Assembly (NCBI GenBank): GCA_052139675.1
Contig: JBKQWE010000026.1
Span: 2,703-66,702, forward strand
DNA: 64,000 nucleotides
DNA from: Candidatus Brocadiia bacterium
GTDB taxonomy: Bacteria > Planctomycetota > Brocadiia > CAIUPP01
Direction: 5' to 3'
Positions within the stretch are counted from its first letter, which is position 1. Every line of letters starts with the position of its first letter. Under the pieces are notes generated by a model that saw nothing but the letters and a program-made list of their open reading frames with translations, had not been told where the DNA came from and searched no databases. The translations under genes were made by a program, and so were the position numbers. Positions 24,999-33,769 of this stretch are shown here, piece after piece.

Positions 24999-27017
24999 CT
25001 ACCCGCGGCGCAGACCCGCGCATTTCCCGGCGGGGCAGCGTTTCTCGACGACGTGCGCGACGTATTCGTCCCGGTAGTGCGTCAGCGTGCTGAGGATCGG
25101 GTTGGGCGCGTTGCGGCCAAGACCGCAGAGGCTGGCCTTGCGCATCAGCTTCGCCAGCCGCTCGAGCCGCTCGATGTCCTCCGGCCGGCCCTGGCCGGCG
25201 GTGATGCGCTGGAGGATTTCCAGCATGCGCTTGGTCCCTTCGCGGCAGGGCGTGCACTTGCCGCACGATTCGTCCTGCGAGAACGTCAGGAAGTATTTCG
25301 CGATGTCCACCATGCAGTCGTCCTCGTCCATCACGATCATGCCGCCGGAGCCCATGATGGCCCCGACCTTGGCGAGCGAATCGTAGTCCACCGGCGTATC
25401 GAGCAGTCTCTCCGGCACGCAGCCGCCGGCGGGGCCGCCGGTCTGGACGGCCTTCAGCCGCTTGCCGTTCGGCGCGCCGCCGCCGATGTCCACAACGATC
25501 TCGCGCAGCGTCGTCCCGATCGGCACCTCGACCAGCCCTGTATGCTCGACCTTCCCGGCCAGCGCGAAGGCCTTCGTCCCGCCGCTGTTCGCCGTGCCGA
25601 TGCGGCTGAACCAGTCGGCGCCGTAATAGATGATCGCGCCGATGTTCGCCAGCGTCTCGACGTTGTTGATGACCGTCGGCTTGCCCCACAGGCCGCTCTG
25701 CGTCGGATAGGGCGGGCGGATGCGCGGCTCGCCGCGCTCGCCCTCGATCGAGTGGATCAGCGAGGTCTCCTCGCCGCAGACGAACGCGCCGGCGCCCAGG
25801 CGGATTTCGAGGTCGAAGCTGAAATCCGATCCGAAGATCTTCGCCCCGAGGACGCCGTGCTTGCGGCACTGGTCAATGGCGTTCTGGACGCGCTGGATCG
25901 CCATCGGGTACTCGGCGCGGATGTAGAAAAACCCGCGCTGCGCGCCGATAGCGTAGCCGCCGATGATCATCCCCTCGATCACGCTGAACGGGTCGCCCTC
26001 GAGCATGCTGCGGTCCATGAACGCGCCCGGGTCGCCCTCGTCGGCGTTGCAGATGATGTAGCGCACCGGCTCCTTCGCCGCGGCGGCCATCTGCCACTTC
26101 TGCCCGGTGGGATAGCCCGCGCCGCCGCGCCCGCGCAATTTCGAGCGCGCGATCTCGCCGATCACCCACTTCGGGTCGCCCTTCTCCAGCACCTTCGCCA
26201 GCGAATGGAAGCCCTTGTAATGGACGTACTCGAAGATGTTGTCCGGGTCAATCACGCCGCTGTTGCGCAGCGAAATGCGGCACTGGCGGTTGAAGAACGC
26301 CACGTCGCCGTACAGGTTGAAAAACCGCTGGCTGAGCGTGTGCCCCTTCAGCCGCAGGCGCTCGACCGGCTTGTTCGCCAGCACGTGGCTGGCGACGATC
26401 TCGTCGAGGTCCTTCTCGTCGGCGATGCGGTACAGGATGCGGCTCGGCAGGACGAGCAGGTGCGTGACCTTCCCCGATTCCTGGGCCCCGCAGAGTCCGA
26501 AGCAGCCGGCGGACAGGACGGCGCAGTGGCTCTCGTCGAGCCCGGCGGCGCGGAGTTTCTTCATCAGGAGGCTGCTGAAGTTCTGCTCCAGGCTTCGCCC
26601 GCAGCGCTGGCCGGAGCAGAAGAGGAATTCCTGCAGCGGCAGCGCCTCGGCGGAGCTGTCGAGCACGTGGTCGAGCCGCGGCTTGCCGCCGAGGATGTGG
26701 TCGGTGAAAATATCGTGGACGGCGTCGCGGTCCACGCGCTGGTATTTCACCGGGATCTGGCCGGGCATCAGAACGCGGACGATCGGCTCGCAACTGCACC
26801 GGCCGGTGCAGCCGGTCTGCCGCACGACGATATCCTGTCGGCCGGACGTGGCGATGTGCTTGCGGAATTCCGCCAGAACCTCCGCCGCGCCGGAGGCGTT
26901 CTCGCACGTCGCCGAGCCGACCGAGATGCGGATTTTCGTCGCATCCTCGCGCGCCGCCAGAGAGCGCTCGGCCTCGTCGGCGAACTTCTGGTACTGCGTC
27001 GCGATTGGGCTGTCCAT
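24999..27017 (-). CDS. NuoF-like NAD(P)H-binding flavoprotein subunit of the hydrogenase (HydB/HndC-type) with N-terminal thioredoxin-like [2Fe-2S] domains
   Basis: GRGGAGYPTGQKW (FMN/NADH site), ESCGKCTPCREG ([4Fe-4S]), and N-terminal Cys clusters. Confidence 0.8.
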   Translation of the reverse strand: MDSPIATQYQKFADEAERSLAAREDATKIRISVGSATCENASGAAEVLAEFRKHIATSGRQDIVVRQTGCTGRCSCEPIVRVLMPGQIPVKYQRVDRDAVHDIFTDHILGGKPRLDHVLDSSAEALPLQEFLFCSGQRCGRSLEQNFSSLLMKKLRAAGLDESHCAVLSAGCFGLCGAQESGKVTHLLVLPSRILYRIADEKDLDEIVASHVLANKPVERLRLKGHTLSQRFFNLYGDVAFFNRQCRISLRNSGVIDPDNIFEYVHYKGFHSLAKVLEKGDPKWVIGEIARSKLRGRGGAGYPTGQKWQMAAAAKEPVRYIICNADEGDPGAFMDRSMLEGDPFSVIEGMIIGGYAIGAQRGFFYIRAEYPMAIQRVQNAIDQCRKHGVLGAKIFGSDFSFDLEIRLGAGAFVCGEETSLIHSIEGERGEPRIRPPYPTQSGLWGKPTVINNVETLANIGAIIYYGADWFSRIGTANSGGTKAFALAGKVEHTGLVEVPIGTTLREIVVDIGGGAPNGKRLKAVQTGGPAGGCVPERLLDTPVDYDSLAKVGAIMGSGGMIVMDEDDCMVDIAKYFLTFSQDESCGKCTPCREGTKRMLEILQRITAGQGRPEDIERLERLAKLMRKASLCGLGRNAPNPILSTLTHYRDEYVAHVVEKRCPAGKCAGLRRG

Positions 27018-27315
27018 GGGCGTTCCTCAAGGCAATCAGAAACGGACCGGCGGGCCTGCGCTCTGCAAGGGGCGAGTTTCCCGGCCACCATCGGGTTGCG
27101 GAATTATATACCGGAACCCGGCGGTCGCGCAACACTGGATACTCGCGCGTCGGCGCTCCGCGGCCTCCCGGATTAGCGGCTATGGCAGGGGACTGCTCTT
27201 AAATTGAAGACGGTTATTGTTCTCTCCGCAAGCGGCCTTCAGTTACCGCCGGAATTACCCTTTGAAGTAACCGCTTGCAAAATGGCATACGTGGGTCATA
27301 AATCGAGTAGTCGCA

Positions 27316-28485
27316 TCAAATCGCGGCAAAAACTCCCGCCGCTCCCAAAATCGCCATGGGCTTCGGGTTTAAGAGAAGCATAAGCTCGTGCGTATGCCTA
27401 CGAGCGTTCCGGCCCGCTTCCGCGTGCACATGATCGCCTCTGCCGCCGAGCGTACTGAACTTGCTTTTGACAGGCTGTGTTGTAACGTAGAAGTACTTCT
27501 GCGATACCTCGCGCACCTTCTTGCCGGATAACCCGTTAGAGCAGTCATGGTCAGGGAAAGTCAGGATGGCTCTGGCACCGCGTGCTGCAATGGTGAGAAG
27601 TAAATCGTCCAAAGCGTTTGAGGACTCGCTGGTCACACTATACTTCGACCGAGGCCGCCGCGCTGGTTCTGGGTAGCGGCCGGCACCAGACACTTCGCCG
27701 CATTCACCTCGCGAAATCGTCTCCAAGACATGGTAGAAACGGCTGTAGTGAACGCCAGAATACGGTGGATCAATGAACACCAAGTCGTCATGAAGAAGTT
27801 CTTTAACTGCATCGTTCGCGTCGGCCACCTGCGCCTCGCCGCGGCAAAGCGCAAACTGGTTCGCCAATGAGTCAAAGGCGACACGGGTTTTGAATACAAT
27901 ATCCTTGTTCCATGCCTCTTGGAGGAATCTCCTCGCTGTCCGGGTCGGCTGGAAGGGCTGTGCTGTATGGCCGGGTGCGGCGGCGCATTGGCTCGCGGCT
28001 TGGATCAAAGCAGCTAGCGCAACCGTTTTGCCAGGTTCACCAGTGGGCAGGCTGCTCCTCAGCGCGTCTATCCAAACGGTCTGTTTCGGACTGTAATAGT
28101 GGCCACCGTAGGCTCTCGTTACAGGGAGGTGTGATTGTCCCATACTCCAAAGACGACAATCGGCAACGACGGCCCGGGTAAGCTTTACAGGAGCGGGAGA
28201 CCGTGTGGCACTACAAACGCTCACTGCACGGCGGTGCCACTCATACCAAATGGGCTCACCTTCGAGCTTCATCTGCCGATGCAAAACCGCGCCAGCGAGA
28301 ACGGTGCTGTAGCGCTGCAAGTCATAGGCGAGAACGGGTATGGAAAACTGACGTGCCACATGAATCGCAACGACACCTGATCCAGAGAACAAGTCCACGA
28401 AGCGCCGAGCATAAGGAGCTTGTCGGCCTAGCAGTTCGCCCAGGCCATTCTGTAACATTGCTCGCTTTGATCCCATGTACTTCAT
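27316..28485 (-). CDS. D12-class N6-adenine DNA methyltransferase (Dam-like)
   Basis: Start ATG 28485 (MKYMGSKRAM). Motifs YMGSK (D12 motif), FVDLFSGSGVV (SAM-binding FxGxG), LVFIDPPY (catalytic DPPY). 4-nt ATGA overlap with the upstream gene. Confidence 0.8.
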   Translation of the reverse strand: MKYMGSKRAMLQNGLGELLGRQAPYARRFVDLFSGSGVVAIHVARQFSIPVLAYDLQRYSTVLAGAVLHRQMKLEGEPIWYEWHRRAVSVCSATRSPAPVKLTRAVVADCRLWSMGQSHLPVTRAYGGHYYSPKQTVWIDALRSSLPTGEPGKTVALAALIQAASQCAAAPGHTAQPFQPTRTARRFLQEAWNKDIVFKTRVAFDSLANQFALCRGEAQVADANDAVKELLHDDLVFIDPPYSGVHYSRFYHVLETISRGECGEVSGAGRYPEPARRPRSKYSVTSESSNALDDLLLTIAARGARAILTFPDHDCSNGLSGKKVREVSQKYFYVTTQPVKSKFSTLGGRGDHVHAEAGRNARRHTHELMLLLNPKPMAILGAAGVFAAI

Positions 28486-28487
28486 GG

Positions 28488-29345
28488 TCAGTTCTTGAGC
28501 ACTTCGAGCCCGCCGTGTTCTGTAATTTGAAAATCGACGATACCGCTCACCCAAGTTGGGTTTCTATGCACGTTCCAAAAGCGACTACTTTGCACCAGAA
28601 TTTCGTCTAGGAACTTCCGGAACCTAACGATCCGATGATAAGCAACAACTTGAACATTGTCCAAATCAGGAAACTTGTTCGGCTTCGGTATCGGTGGCAC
28701 GGTGAAATCAATCTCCGAGATGCGTTGCACCCTGATTTTCAAACTCTCCACGTCGAGTACGCGAAAAGCGGGGTAAGGGAACAGATGGTCAACGTAGTTG
28801 GCACGGTCACGGTGCCCGACGTCGGAACAATCGTCAGGCTGCTGCGCTTTCTCATTCCTTGTAAACAGCGGGTCAGTTGCGAAATGACTGTCACTCTTCA
28901 CCTCGCGCCAATACAGGCAATGTTCTCTATCGCCAGCATTCTTAGTCCCGAAAGTGCAAACATGTTTGCCGCATTGCAAGCCTAGTCGGACGATGCGCCT
29001 ACGCCGGTGGAGATGAAAGCAACCGAGCAAATGTGCAATTGCTCGTACTGCGTAATGGCTGGAATAGTAACCCACACTCGAAGCCCAGAGTGGGCTGGCT
29101 TCCGTCAACGCTGCCGAGATCAAGAAGCTATGGACAGCGCGCAGCCAAATGTCGACAGCAGCGGTTGCGTACAGTGACGCTACCTCTGGCCGAACTGTGA
29201 CCGCAGGGTTCGCCTTCGGCGGCATGACTTGTTCCAAGGCCGTTGAGAGCGAAGCCGCTGGCGGGAAAGCATATTGAGCACGGCGGTTGTTCAGCGGCTT
29301 AAACGCTACCTGCAAGCGTGTCTGAAGCCCTCGGTCGATAGTCAT
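28488..29345 (-). CDS. hypothetical protein (possible His-Me-finger / HNH-like nuclease; speculative)
   Basis: No family recognised. Contains Cys/His-rich CFHLHRRRRIVRLGLQCGKHVC and a VDHLFP...N...H stretch reminiscent of DUF1524/HNH cores. Low G+C. 4-nt overlaps with both neighbours. Confidence 0.5.
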   Translation of the reverse strand: MTIDRGLQTRLQVAFKPLNNRRAQYAFPPAASLSTALEQVMPPKANPAVTVRPEVASLYATAAVDIWLRAVHSFLISAALTEASPLWASSVGYYSSHYAVRAIAHLLGCFHLHRRRRIVRLGLQCGKHVCTFGTKNAGDREHCLYWREVKSDSHFATDPLFTRNEKAQQPDDCSDVGHRDRANYVDHLFPYPAFRVLDVESLKIRVQRISEIDFTVPPIPKPNKFPDLDNVQVVAYHRIVRFRKFLDEILVQSSRFWNVHRNPTWVSGIVDFQITEHGGLEVLKN

Positions 29346-30718
29346 ATCGATCCCAACTCGCGCCGAACGTGAATTCTGTGCTTCACGGCAAGGGTTGCCC
29401 GCGCGTCAGGATCGAGTTTAGAGACATCTTGAGTGCCTACAACAGACGCCCAGAGCGTGTCTCGAAAACGCGCTAATCCGCCGCTCCCTAAAAAGCCTTT
29501 ATCCTTAAACTTCTTTTTCGCCACAAAACGACCGCCATCGACCAAGCCAGCCCGCGCCATAACTTCGCGAAGCCACTTAATAAGAATTCCCTTAGACGCA
29601 TCAGAAACCAGCGGCTGCTTCGCACTTTTGAGTTTCCAGATGCAGGCGGGCAAGAGCGTGAGGAATGTTACCACTACACGACCTTGATAGGCCACGTTAT
29701 CCGGGTCCAATTCTTCGCTATCGGCCAAGTCTTCCTTGCGTCCCGTCGCGTCCAACCATCCGTCCAGGCATTGGGCCAGGAATTCTGCCTGCGCCTCGAG
29801 ACTCGATACCCCTTCGTCGAATAAATCGTCGAGCACGTCCTCAATTGCAGAATTTAAAGTGGCTAGAGTCACGACATCCTTCACCCCGAACTTGATGCCA
29901 GGTATCTGGATCATGCCAACAAGCGGACCAATTTCGAGCATCAGCTTGCGTCCAAGGTCCTGAGCCCGTTCTTTGTTGTCTAGTGGCCCTCTTGCACCGC
30001 GTGCCGTCGGGAACAAGTCTGCGACCAAGGACCGATCCACTTTCTTCTGATAGAAGTTAACGTCAATGAATATTTGCGCTTGCCTACGAGGCGGGTCTTT
30101 GGGTTGATCGAGGTCGCGAAATATCTCCGCAGGAATTTCCCAAATAGCAGATGGCTGCGATTCCTTAAGCATCATAATTGCAAAGTACGCTCCGTTGATG
30201 CGATGTTGGCCGTCGATCACAGAAAAATTCAGCTCTGCGTCATTCTCATCGAACGTTAATGTCGCCGCGCCGTGTTCTCTTTGGATTCGGAATTCTTCCA
30301 ACCTCGCGCCGTTCACGTGGAGTAAGACATTTGAGAATGTCGGATACTCACTTCTCTGGTACCCTATAACATTACTGATTTTCGGCGGCCATTCTCTGCC
30401 GGACTCGTTCTTTTTAGGCTCGTAGATTTCACGAAAGCATTTATCCAGTTTCTTGGGCGCGTCAACGACCTCCTGTTGCAACAGGTAAGCCGCGATCTGT
30501 GCAACCCGCTTCCAGTCCAACGATCGTTGGATGCTGCGCACCTTCACTGGATTCCGATGTGGCGAATGCGGTTTTCCAGGCCACCACGTCATGAGCTTCT
30601 CTACGTTCAAAGCGCAGAGGCAGTGTTTCGCTTCGTGCAATTCCTTTGGTGCAAATGGATTAGCTGGCACAATGACGGAAATCCTGTGAATTCCATCAGA
30701 GTTTTCCGATGATGTCAT
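29342..30718 (-). CDS. DGQHR-domain protein (DndB/DpdB-like ParB/Srx-fold)
   Basis: Exact FSVIDGQHRINGAYFA motif. Size about 458 aa, as in DndB-like proteins. First gene of the overlapping trio. Confidence 0.7.
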   Translation of the reverse strand: MTSSENSDGIHRISVIVPANPFAPKELHEAKHCLCALNVEKLMTWWPGKPHSPHRNPVKVRSIQRSLDWKRVAQIAAYLLQQEVVDAPKKLDKCFREIYEPKKNESGREWPPKISNVIGYQRSEYPTFSNVLLHVNGARLEEFRIQREHGAATLTFDENDAELNFSVIDGQHRINGAYFAIMMLKESQPSAIWEIPAEIFRDLDQPKDPPRRQAQIFIDVNFYQKKVDRSLVADLFPTARGARGPLDNKERAQDLGRKLMLEIGPLVGMIQIPGIKFGVKDVVTLATLNSAIEDVLDDLFDEGVSSLEAQAEFLAQCLDGWLDATGRKEDLADSEELDPDNVAYQGRVVVTFLTLLPACIWKLKSAKQPLVSDASKGILIKWLREVMARAGLVDGGRFVAKKKFKDKGFLGSGGLARFRDTLWASVVGTQDVSKLDPDARATLAVKHRIHVRRELGSI

Positions 30719-30939
30719 ACGGTGACTCCTAATTCCGACAATCCCCGGCGACTAAATCCGGGTCGGCATGTTCAAATCTCTTCGGCCCGAGAGACGCGAA
30801 GCGGGCGACGCCGTCCTAACGCGCTGCTCTTTGCTGTACCTCGCTTCCCGTCTTGTCGGACTACAGCCGTCTTGCCAAGGCAGAATCTATCGGCCCACAG
30901 TCGCGTTGTCAAGGAAAATAACGACATCCTTCGGCCCCA

Positions 30940-32400
30940 TCAGACCTTCCTGTCGGGTTCGCCGAAGACGAGCGGGAGCGAGAAGGTGAAGGTGGAGCCT
31001 TGGTTTTTCCCCCTGCTTTCCACGCGGACGGCGCCGCGGCAGGACTGGACCAGTTTGTTCACCAGCGCCAGGCCGAGGCCGGTGCCCTTCACGCCGGCGG
31101 TGCGGCGGATGCGGCCGAATTCCTGGAAGAGGTTCGCCTGCTCCTCCGGCGTCAGGCCCGCGCCGGTGTCGGCGACGTGTACGGAGAAGCCGGCCGCATC
31201 GCGCGTGACGGAGATTTTGACCCCGCCTGCGCTCGTGTACTTGATGGCGTTGTTCACGAGATTCAGCGCCAGCGTCCGCACGACGAACGGATCGCCTCGC
31301 ACGGGAAATTCCTTCCACGGCTCGATCCGGATCGAAAGCCCCTTGTCCTCGGCCAGGATGCGCTGATTCTCGACCACGTCTTCCAGGACGGCCTTCAAGT
31401 CCACCGGCTCCTGCGTCACAACCAGCGTCATCTGGTCGAGCTTCGAGAGCGACAGGAAGTCATCCACGAACGACTGGATGCGGTCGGTCGAGCGCGTCAG
31501 CAGGCGGACCAGCGCATCAAGGCGCGCGCGGTCCGCGAGGACTTTCGGGTCGCGCAGGAGCGGGATGGCCATCGCCAGCGGCGAGAGCGGTGCGCGGAGT
31601 TCGTGGACCATGAAGCGGAAGAACTGCTCGCGCTCGCGCTGCAAGCGGCGCAGCGCGGTGACGTCGCTCATTACGGCCACGCTGGCGGGCCGGCCTTCCC
31701 ACTCGCTGCGGCGCGCGCAGACGATCACCTCGCGGATCGAGCCGTCGGCGTGGAGCAGCCTGGTCTCGTACTCCTCGGGCGCGCCGCCGCCGGAGACGCG
31801 CGCGTGATAGACGTTCAGGTCGCGCTGCCGGACTTCTTCGTCGAGGATTTCGCCGTACTCGCAGCCGAGCAGTTCTTCCGCACGGCGGCCGAGCAGGTCG
31901 CAGAAGGCGGGGTTGACGAAGCCGATCCGGGCGTTCTCCACGACGACCAGCCCGCTGCGCATGTCGCCGACGAGCCGGCTGAAGCGCTCCTCGGAGCGGC
32001 GATGCGCCTCGACGGCCGAGAAGAGGTCCCAGAGCAGCCGCGCGGGATCGCCGGTGATCACCGAGGCGCCGGCGGGCAGAACCCGACGAATGATGCCGGA
32101 CATCGAAGGGTCGCCGGTGACGTCAATGACGAACTGCGGCCGCGATCGAGCGACGGCGTCAGCCGCGTCCTTGTAGATGGGCAGCTTGCGCTCGGCCGCC
32201 GCTTTGACGCCGGGCGCCCGGCCGCTCCGGTCGCAGACGGCGACCAGTTCGAACTCCGGGTCGGCCAGCAGGTGCGGCAGAAGCGCGCTGCCGCCTTTGC
32301 CCAGGCCGACAAGCAGTGTTCGGATTCCCATGGGTCCGGATTTCCCGTCCGATCGTCCTGCAAAGGACATGAGACTATACGGTCGAATGGCCGCCGTCAA
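30940..32400 (-). CDS. sensor histidine kinase (N-terminal Rossmann-like domain + PAS + HisKA + HATPase_c)
   Basis: H-box FMVHELRAPLS; N/G1/G2 boxes LVNNAIKYT, DTGAGL, GLGLALV. N-terminal TLLVGLGKGGSALLPHLLADPEFELVAVCDRS looks NAD(P)-binding. The start could instead be the internal Met at 32331. Confidence 0.75.
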   Translation of the reverse strand: MTAAIRPYSLMSFAGRSDGKSGPMGIRTLLVGLGKGGSALLPHLLADPEFELVAVCDRSGRAPGVKAAAERKLPIYKDAADAVARSRPQFVIDVTGDPSMSGIIRRVLPAGASVITGDPARLLWDLFSAVEAHRRSEERFSRLVGDMRSGLVVVENARIGFVNPAFCDLLGRRAEELLGCEYGEILDEEVRQRDLNVYHARVSGGGAPEEYETRLLHADGSIREVIVCARRSEWEGRPASVAVMSDVTALRRLQREREQFFRFMVHELRAPLSPLAMAIPLLRDPKVLADRARLDALVRLLTRSTDRIQSFVDDFLSLSKLDQMTLVVTQEPVDLKAVLEDVVENQRILAEDKGLSIRIEPWKEFPVRGDPFVVRTLALNLVNNAIKYTSAGGVKISVTRDAAGFSVHVADTGAGLTPEEQANLFQEFGRIRRTAGVKGTGLGLALVNKLVQSCRGAVRVESRGKNQGSTFTFSLPLVFGEPDRKV

Positions 32401-32410
32401 GGTGGCAGGG

Positions 32411-33223
32411 CTACTTCACCTCAAACTTGACGCTGACGATCGCGGTGATCTCTTTCTCGTAGGAACTCGTGTCATTGTTGCCCTCCGCCGAGGTGGTGAA
32501 AACGCCTTTCGGGTTGATCTGCATGACGCCCATGCGCGCCTCGACCAGCTTGCCGAGCCGGCCGTTGGCGTTGTTGACGATCTGCTCCGCGCGCACCGTG
32601 GCGTCCCGGGTCGCGTCGGCCAGCATGTTGATTTTCAGTTCGGAGAGTTTCGTGTAGAGATAGCACGGCGCGCCCGAATCAATCTCGACGCCGTCCTTGA
32701 TCAGGCTGGTGACGTTGCGCGAGACGTCGGCGACTTTTTTCATGTCGGTGGAACTGATGAGGACGGTCTGGGCGAGCGTGTACATCTCGACCTTGTCAGT
32801 GGTGATGATCGTCGGCGCGGCGGCGGGCGCGCCTGCGGCCGCGGGCGCCGCGGGGACGATATCCTGGTGGAACCGGCGCGAGGTGTTGATGGCCGACAGG
32901 GTGATGTCCGATTCCGGTATGCCGCCGGCGATCAGGAACGCCCGGGTCTTGTCGGACGCGCCCTTCAAATCGTCGTAGGCCTTGACCAGGTTCGGGTCCT
33001 TCGCGGTGATGGCGCCGCACCATGTGACCACGTCGGAGACGATGGCCTTGCGCGCGGAGCCGGTGACCGCCAGCGTCTTGGGCTCCAGCTTCACCGCCAG
33101 GTAGCACCAGCAGAGGATGGCGACGCATGCGACGTTCGCGACAGCGAAAAACACGCCGCCGGCGCGAAGCGTGACGACGATTTTTTCAGGCAGATTAGCC
33201 GGCTTGCTGTTGGTCTCGGACAT
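32411..33223 (-). CDS. SIMPL (DUF541) domain protein with N-terminal membrane anchor
   Basis: Single N-terminal transmembrane segment, then a domain with SIMPL-like motifs (AINTSRRF..., VEMYTLAQTVLISSTDM, ITAIVSVKFEV). Confidence 0.5.
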   Translation of the reverse strand: MSETNSKPANLPEKIVVTLRAGGVFFAVANVACVAILCWCYLAVKLEPKTLAVTGSARKAIVSDVVTWCGAITAKDPNLVKAYDDLKGASDKTRAFLIAGGIPESDITLSAINTSRRFHQDIVPAAPAAAGAPAAAPTIITTDKVEMYTLAQTVLISSTDMKKVADVSRNVTSLIKDGVEIDSGAPCYLYTKLSELKINMLADATRDATVRAEQIVNNANGRLGKLVEARMGVMQINPKGVFTTSAEGNNDTSSYEKEITAIVSVKFEVK

Positions 33224-33250
33224 GGATGAGCTCCTCTCAGGTTTTGGTTT

Positions 33251-33373
33251 CTAATACCGAGCGCCGAGTTCGCAGCCGCGGAGCGAGCGGAAGACTGCGA
33301 GCAGTCCGAGGAGGTTGATGACGGCGAGACTGAGAATGATCCAGGACCGGCGGGTGGAGATGGCTTTGCGCAT
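33251..33373 (-). CDS. small (40 aa) hydrophobic ORF MRKAISTRRSWIILSLAVINLLGLLAVFRSLRGCELGARY; not in the track (<60 aa)
   Basis: AAGGGG ribosome-binding site 7 nt upstream of the ATG. One predicted transmembrane helix. Sits immediately upstream of the SIMPL gene. Could be spurious. Confidence 0.25.
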   Translation of the reverse strand: MRKAISTRRSWIILSLAVINLLGLLAVFRSLRGCELGARY

Positions 33374-33769
33374 GGGCGCCCCTTGCGCTTCGCTTCAGTG
33401 CGCGGATTGCCGACACGGACACCGCCCGGCTTCCGGCGACTGATCGCCCCTGCGCAAGTTACGACCGGCGTGCGGCAACGTCTATATTCGAATCTCCCGC
33501 GTGGGAGTTATCAGCCGTGTTCTGCCGAACGCGAGGGATTATATCAAATTGGAACAGTTTCACCAAAAATAGCAGTTCGACGACGAGAGTTATCCACAGT
33601 TTATGCACACTCCTGTTGCATTTTAGCTCAGTGGGTCGCGTCTATGGAAGCACTCGGAGAAAGCGCGAAGCCGCTGCTTGCGCGTGAAGCAGCGACGCGC
33701 GGCGGGTTGCGCCGCGCGTCTTCGGATCGTTCAGCCGCCCGGAATCTGCTTACCGCGCCAGGAGCGAAA

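Larger units (their letters stand above)
27195..30900. other. low-G+C genomic islet (about 45-50% versus 65-70% in the flanks, by inspection) carrying a 3-gene DGQHR / unknown / Dam-like MTase module
   Basis: Abrupt composition shift visible in the raw sequence on both sides. No integrase, transposase or flanking direct repeats found. Confidence 0.55.

Noticed and set aside
24967-25869. 301-codon N-terminal extension of hydA in the track ORF 23206..25869
   Set aside because: The extension is Arg/Gly-rich nonsense that overlaps the 3' end of the NuoF-like gene. The real HydA starts at MSKKMISLTL (24966), which has a ribosome-binding site and the expected [2Fe-2S] N-terminus. Similar upstream extensions were trimmed for P2 (8520..8654), P3 (9742..9828), P5, P6, both sulfatase-fold genes and the NPP gene (50764..51162).
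27017-27316. Direct repeats or att sites bounding the 27.2-30.9 kb islet
   Set aside because: Compared the left boundary (27.0-27.3 kb) with the right boundary (30.7-30.95 kb) by eye. Only trivial matches of 8 nt or less were found. The insertion mechanism is left open.
30722-31366. Plus-strand ORF of 214 aa at the right edge of the low-G+C islet, considered as possible islet cargo
   Set aside because: It overlaps the 3' half of the histidine-kinase gene on the opposite strand, has high-G+C shadow-like composition, and has no motifs.
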